A DNA stretch of 64,000 nucleotides from Podarcis filfolensis. Taxonomy: Eukaryota. Below, piece by piece: positions 62,601 through 64,000 of this stretch. The stretch is taken from assembly GCA_964270895.1 (NCBI GenBank), contig OZ185442.1; one strand, given 5' to 3'. Position numbers and translations under genes: made by a program. How positions within the stretch are numbered: the first letter of the stretch is position 1; every line of letters starts with the position of its first letter. A model generated the notes under the pieces. That model made no database searches and was not told the DNA's origin. It was given only the letters and a program-made list of their open reading frames with translations.

Positions 62601-63768
62601 TGCCTAGAATTTCACTTCACTTTTGCTTTTCTCCTACCCTCATGTGGAAGGGACCATTCACTTCTGCATCCTAGTCTAGCAATGTGTCCCTGGAGGAGAA
62701 GCATGACTAGTTGGGCCTCTCAACACTGCAGAATTGATGTGTGGTATTCTGCATAAAGTACAGCTTCCATAGTTCCAGTCTACTCTGGAATGGTATTGCT
62801 CCTTCATATTCCAGTGTTTTGGAATGTACTCTAGAAACCTTGAGAGAAGGAGATTGTCTATTGCACTTAATTCCTGTTTTCAGTGTCACCCAGAGGGTAT
62901 TCCACCTGCCATTGTTTCCTGTGGGCCAAGCTGCTCTGAGGCTTCTGCCTCACTGCACAGATGGGAAGCTGCTCCTCATGTTTTTGCTGCGTGTGTGCTT
63001 GGGTTATTGCGTACAGGTTGTTGGTTCTTTTAAGGCATTTAGAGTTTATTTCTGCTCTGCCAGTCCAGTCTAGGAAGATCAAGATGATGGCCCTGTCTGC
63101 TGCTCCAGGTGGAGGTGCTATCCCACTGGTTGGGAATGCCCTCCAGGAGAAGCAGAACAGGAATTCACAGTAAGAAATGTCCCTTTCTGCATATAGCATG
63201 CAGCATCAGTAATGCCTACATACAGAGGCAACATGGGTGTTGTGTTTACTTCCTTGCCAGCATAGTTTCCTTTTCCACCTGGTTCCTGGATGTAGATGTT
63301 ACCAGTGTGGGACCTGATTACATAGAAATGATCTTATGCTACTTGGTTGGTAATGTAGGAATTGACCCTAAGAAGCATCACCAGCCTTTTCTATGCCAAA
63401 CTGCAGTGTTACAGTCTAGCCCACTTGCTTTCCATCATGTCTCGATAGAACATTACTAGCTTGATTTTAGAAAAAAGAGAAGTTCTTTAGGTCTGAGTCT
63501 ACCTTTCCCCCCATTACAGATGCATCAGCAAGGAATCCTGAAAACCGATGATTTGATCACACGATTCTTCCGTCTTTGCACTGAAATGTGTGTTGAGATC
63601 AGCTATCGTGCTCAAGCTGAGCAGCAGCACAACCCCGCTGCCAATCCCACCATGATCCGTGCCAAGTGTTACCACAACCTGGATGCCTTTGTGCGCCTCA
63701 TTGCACTGCTGGTGAAGCACTCTGGGGAGGCCACCAACACAGTCACCAAGATCAACTTGCTCAACAAG
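26507..63768 (+). CDS. CNOT1: CCR4-NOT transcription complex subunit 1, spliced CDS exons 3-40 (start codon in the gap; gene continues beyond the window)
   Basis: 38 exons join in one frame and encode unmistakable CNOT1 sequence: HEAT repeats, MIF4G region ([12 protein letters not shown]...), DUF3819 region ([12 protein letters not shown]...) and the start of the NOT1 superfamily homology region. Confidence 0.98.
27931..28029 (+). CDS. CNOT1: CNOT1 exon 4
   Basis: [33 protein letters not shown]. Confidence 0.96.
28470..28538 (+). CDS. CNOT1: CNOT1 exon 5
   Basis: [23 protein letters not shown]. Confidence 0.95.
28575..29640 (-). mobile_element. Degenerate CR1 LINE fragments
   Basis: Reverse-complement CR1 3'/RT remnants similar to 16060-16925; boundaries approximate. 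Confidence 0.6.
29844..29898 (+). CDS. CNOT1: CNOT1 exon 6
   Basis: [18 protein letters not shown]. Confidence 0.95.
30909..30955. repeat. (CT)n microsatellite forming the exon 7 polypyrimidine tract
   Basis: About 47-nt CT repeat ending 7 nt before the AG at 30961-30962. Confidence 0.9.
30963..31166 (+). CDS. CNOT1: CNOT1 exon 7 (GC donor)
   Basis: [15 protein letters not shown]...FLKTLRR; donor G|GCAAGT. Confidence 0.94.
32047..32215 (+). CDS. CNOT1: CNOT1 exon 8
   Basis: [18 protein letters not shown]...GYGFCT. Confidence 0.96.
32620..32746 (+). CDS. CNOT1: CNOT1 exon 9
   Basis: [42 protein letters not shown]. Confidence 0.96.
33290..33640 (+). mobile_element. L2 LINE 3' fragment
   Basis: GAAGTTGCAGCTGGTGCAGAATGC and CTGCACTGGCTTC RT C-terminal remnants. 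Confidence 0.6.
33837..33947 (+). CDS. CNOT1: CNOT1 exon 10
   Basis: [13 protein letters not shown]...[14 protein letters not shown]. Confidence 0.96.
35212..35382 (+). CDS. CNOT1: CNOT1 exon 11
   Basis: [18 protein letters not shown]...WKHAEGQ. Confidence 0.96.
35446..35711 (-). mobile_element. Sauria SINE, 5'-truncated
   Basis: Reverse complement of the 3' two-thirds of 23409-23765. Confidence 0.88.
36019..36146 (+). CDS. CNOT1: CNOT1 exon 12
   Basis: [22 protein letters not shown]...REIAT. Confidence 0.96.
36715..36955 (+). CDS. CNOT1: CNOT1 exon 13
   Basis: [16 protein letters not shown]...HYAWHGQ. Confidence 0.96.
37980..38099 (+). CDS. CNOT1: CNOT1 exon 14
   Basis: [18 protein letters not shown]...VAQDLK. 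Confidence 0.96.
39404..39526 (+). CDS. CNOT1: CNOT1 exon 15
   Basis: [41 protein letters not shown]. Confidence 0.96.
39755..39906 (+). CDS. CNOT1: CNOT1 exon 16
   Basis: [21 protein letters not shown]...LQACA. Confidence 0.96.
40628..40778 (+). CDS. CNOT1: CNOT1 exon 17
   Basis: [17 protein letters not shown]...DAISPVQ. Confidence 0.96.
40906..41041 (+). ncRNA. SNORA50: H/ACA box snoRNA, SNORA50 (ACA50) family, in CNOT1 intron 17
   Basis: Close match to human SNORA50A as recalled, in the same host intron. Two hairpins; ACA at 41036-41038, 3 nt from the end. Pocket 1 TCTTTGA/CAAGCA pairs around 18S U34; pocket 2 ATAACT/TTTAA pairs around 18S U105. Confidence 0.9.
41604..41808 (+). CDS. 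CNOT1: CNOT1 exon 18
   Basis: [16 protein letters not shown]...GLSSQLP. Confidence 0.95.
42084..42227 (+). CDS. CNOT1: CNOT1 exon 19 (alternative acceptor 42087, alternative donor 42212)
   Basis: [25 protein letters not shown]...TFQQSKMKP. Confidence 0.92.
44418..44683. mobile_element. Short element with DIRS-like inverted terminal repeats
   Basis: Left GTTGCTTATCTGTAACTGTAGCTCTTTGAGTGGTC and right GACCGCTCAAAGAACTACAGTGACAGGAAAGCAAC are reverse complements with few mismatches. Confidence 0.6.
44840..44964 (+). CDS. CNOT1: CNOT1 exon 20
   Basis: [41 protein letters not shown]. Confidence 0.96.
45781..46067 (+). CDS. CNOT1: CNOT1 exon 21
   Basis: [11 protein letters not shown]...AALDRFKN. 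Confidence 0.97.
48172..48250 (+). CDS. CNOT1: CNOT1 exon 22
   Basis: [26 protein letters not shown]. Confidence 0.96.
49357..49587 (+). CDS. CNOT1: CNOT1 exon 23
   Basis: [17 protein letters not shown]...SFKKDVP. Confidence 0.96.
50238..50378 (+). CDS. CNOT1: CNOT1 exon 24 (GC donor)
   Basis: [15 protein letters not shown]...SNMTQK; donor AAG|GCAAGT. Confidence 0.94.
50940..51040 (+). mobile_element. L2-type LINE 3' terminus
   Basis: CCCAGAGTAGCTGGGGAAACCCAGCCAGATGGG...ATAAATAATAAA with a short ATT/AAT tail. Confidence 0.65.
51357..51536 (+). CDS. CNOT1: CNOT1 exon 25
   Basis: [21 protein letters not shown]...YRNIK. Confidence 0.96.
52304..52420 (+). CDS. CNOT1: CNOT1 exon 26
   Basis: [39 protein letters not shown]. 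Confidence 0.96.
52620..52730 (+). CDS. CNOT1: CNOT1 exon 27
   Basis: [37 protein letters not shown]. Confidence 0.96.
53197..53274 (+). CDS. CNOT1: CNOT1 exon 28
   Basis: [26 protein letters not shown]. Confidence 0.96.
53560..53737 (+). CDS. CNOT1: CNOT1 exon 29
   Basis: [14 protein letters not shown]...ELPPITTT. Confidence 0.96.
54214..54344 (+). CDS. CNOT1: CNOT1 exon 30
   Basis: [43 protein letters not shown]. Confidence 0.95.
54470..54766 (+). CDS. CNOT1: CNOT1 exon 31
   Basis: [25 protein letters not shown]...FATALR. Confidence 0.97.
56418..56558 (+). CDS. CNOT1: CNOT1 exon 32
   Basis: [12 protein letters not shown]...MDKRLAT. Confidence 0.95.
56641..56745 (+). CDS. CNOT1: CNOT1 exon 33
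   Basis: [35 protein letters not shown]. Confidence 0.96.
56849..56968 (+). CDS. CNOT1: CNOT1 exon 34
   Basis: [24 protein letters not shown]...AQPMK. Confidence 0.96.
57464..57655 (+). CDS. CNOT1: CNOT1 exon 35
   Basis: [15 protein letters not shown]...LGLLQK. Confidence 0.96.
58233..58375 (+). CDS. CNOT1: CNOT1 exon 36
   Basis: [25 protein letters not shown]...NKQIT. Confidence 0.96.
59216..59324 (+). CDS. CNOT1: CNOT1 exon 37
   Basis: [36 protein letters not shown]. Confidence 0.96.
59415..59584 (+). CDS. CNOT1: CNOT1 exon 38
   Basis: [19 protein letters not shown]...RGNAPE. Confidence 0.96.
59649..59693. repeat. (TGA)n microsatellite
   Basis: 15 perfect TGA units. Confidence 0.95.
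60885..61116 (+). CDS. CNOT1: CNOT1 exon 39 (alternative donor 61137)
   Basis: [15 protein letters not shown]...AFSAFVGQ. Confidence 0.95.
63520..63768 (+). CDS. CNOT1: CNOT1 exon 40
   Basis: [19 protein letters not shown]...KINLLNK. Confidence 0.96.
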
Positions 63769-64000
63769 GTTGGGAGCACCCTTCCCTGCCCCCAGTACCC
63801 ATCTATCTTGAGTTTAGCTGGTTGTGAGAATGGGTAGTATATTTTAGAATTGTGATGACTGAGGCTGGTGGGAGTTGTAGTCCATGGGGCCAGGTTGGCA
63901 AAGGTTTCCTTATTAAATGAATGGGAACTGGTGCAGCATGTTTTTTTACGAACACAGTCTAGGAGTTCCATGTTTTAAAATCGTGATCCATCTATGGATG

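Overview
This is vertebrate genomic DNA from a squamate reptile, probably a lacertid lizard, judging by its Sauria SINEs and squamate MITE, L2 and CR1 remnants. It holds two spliced + strand genes. (1) A complete cathepsin A (lysosomal protective protein)-like S10 serine carboxypeptidase gene, 1263-11276: 11 coding exons, 456 aa, signal peptide, intact Ser-Asp-His triad and a TATA-type promoter. (2) CNOT1, the scaffold of the CCR4-NOT deadenylase: a CpG-island promoter at about 13.8-15.1 kb, a non-coding exon 1, exon 2 running into a 204-N assembly gap that must hide the start codon, and coding exons 3-40 (human numbering by homology) readable at 26507-63768; the gene continues past the window. 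Intron 17 of CNOT1 hosts an H/ACA snoRNA (SNORA50 family). The most notable observations are the cathepsin A paralog at a non-CTSA syntenic position with three fewer introns; a decayed copy of that gene's last intron and exon captured among MITE arms in CNOT1 intron 1; a strong-Kozak uORF as the first AUG of the CNOT1 mRNA; an open read-through of the exon 31 donor that could give a short CNOT1 isoform; several alternative splice sites; two GC-AG introns; and a tandem-plus-inverted Penelope-like insertion. All calls were made by eye. Comparisons with human are from memory and need database confirmation. No wholly new biological system could be demonstrated from the sequence alone.
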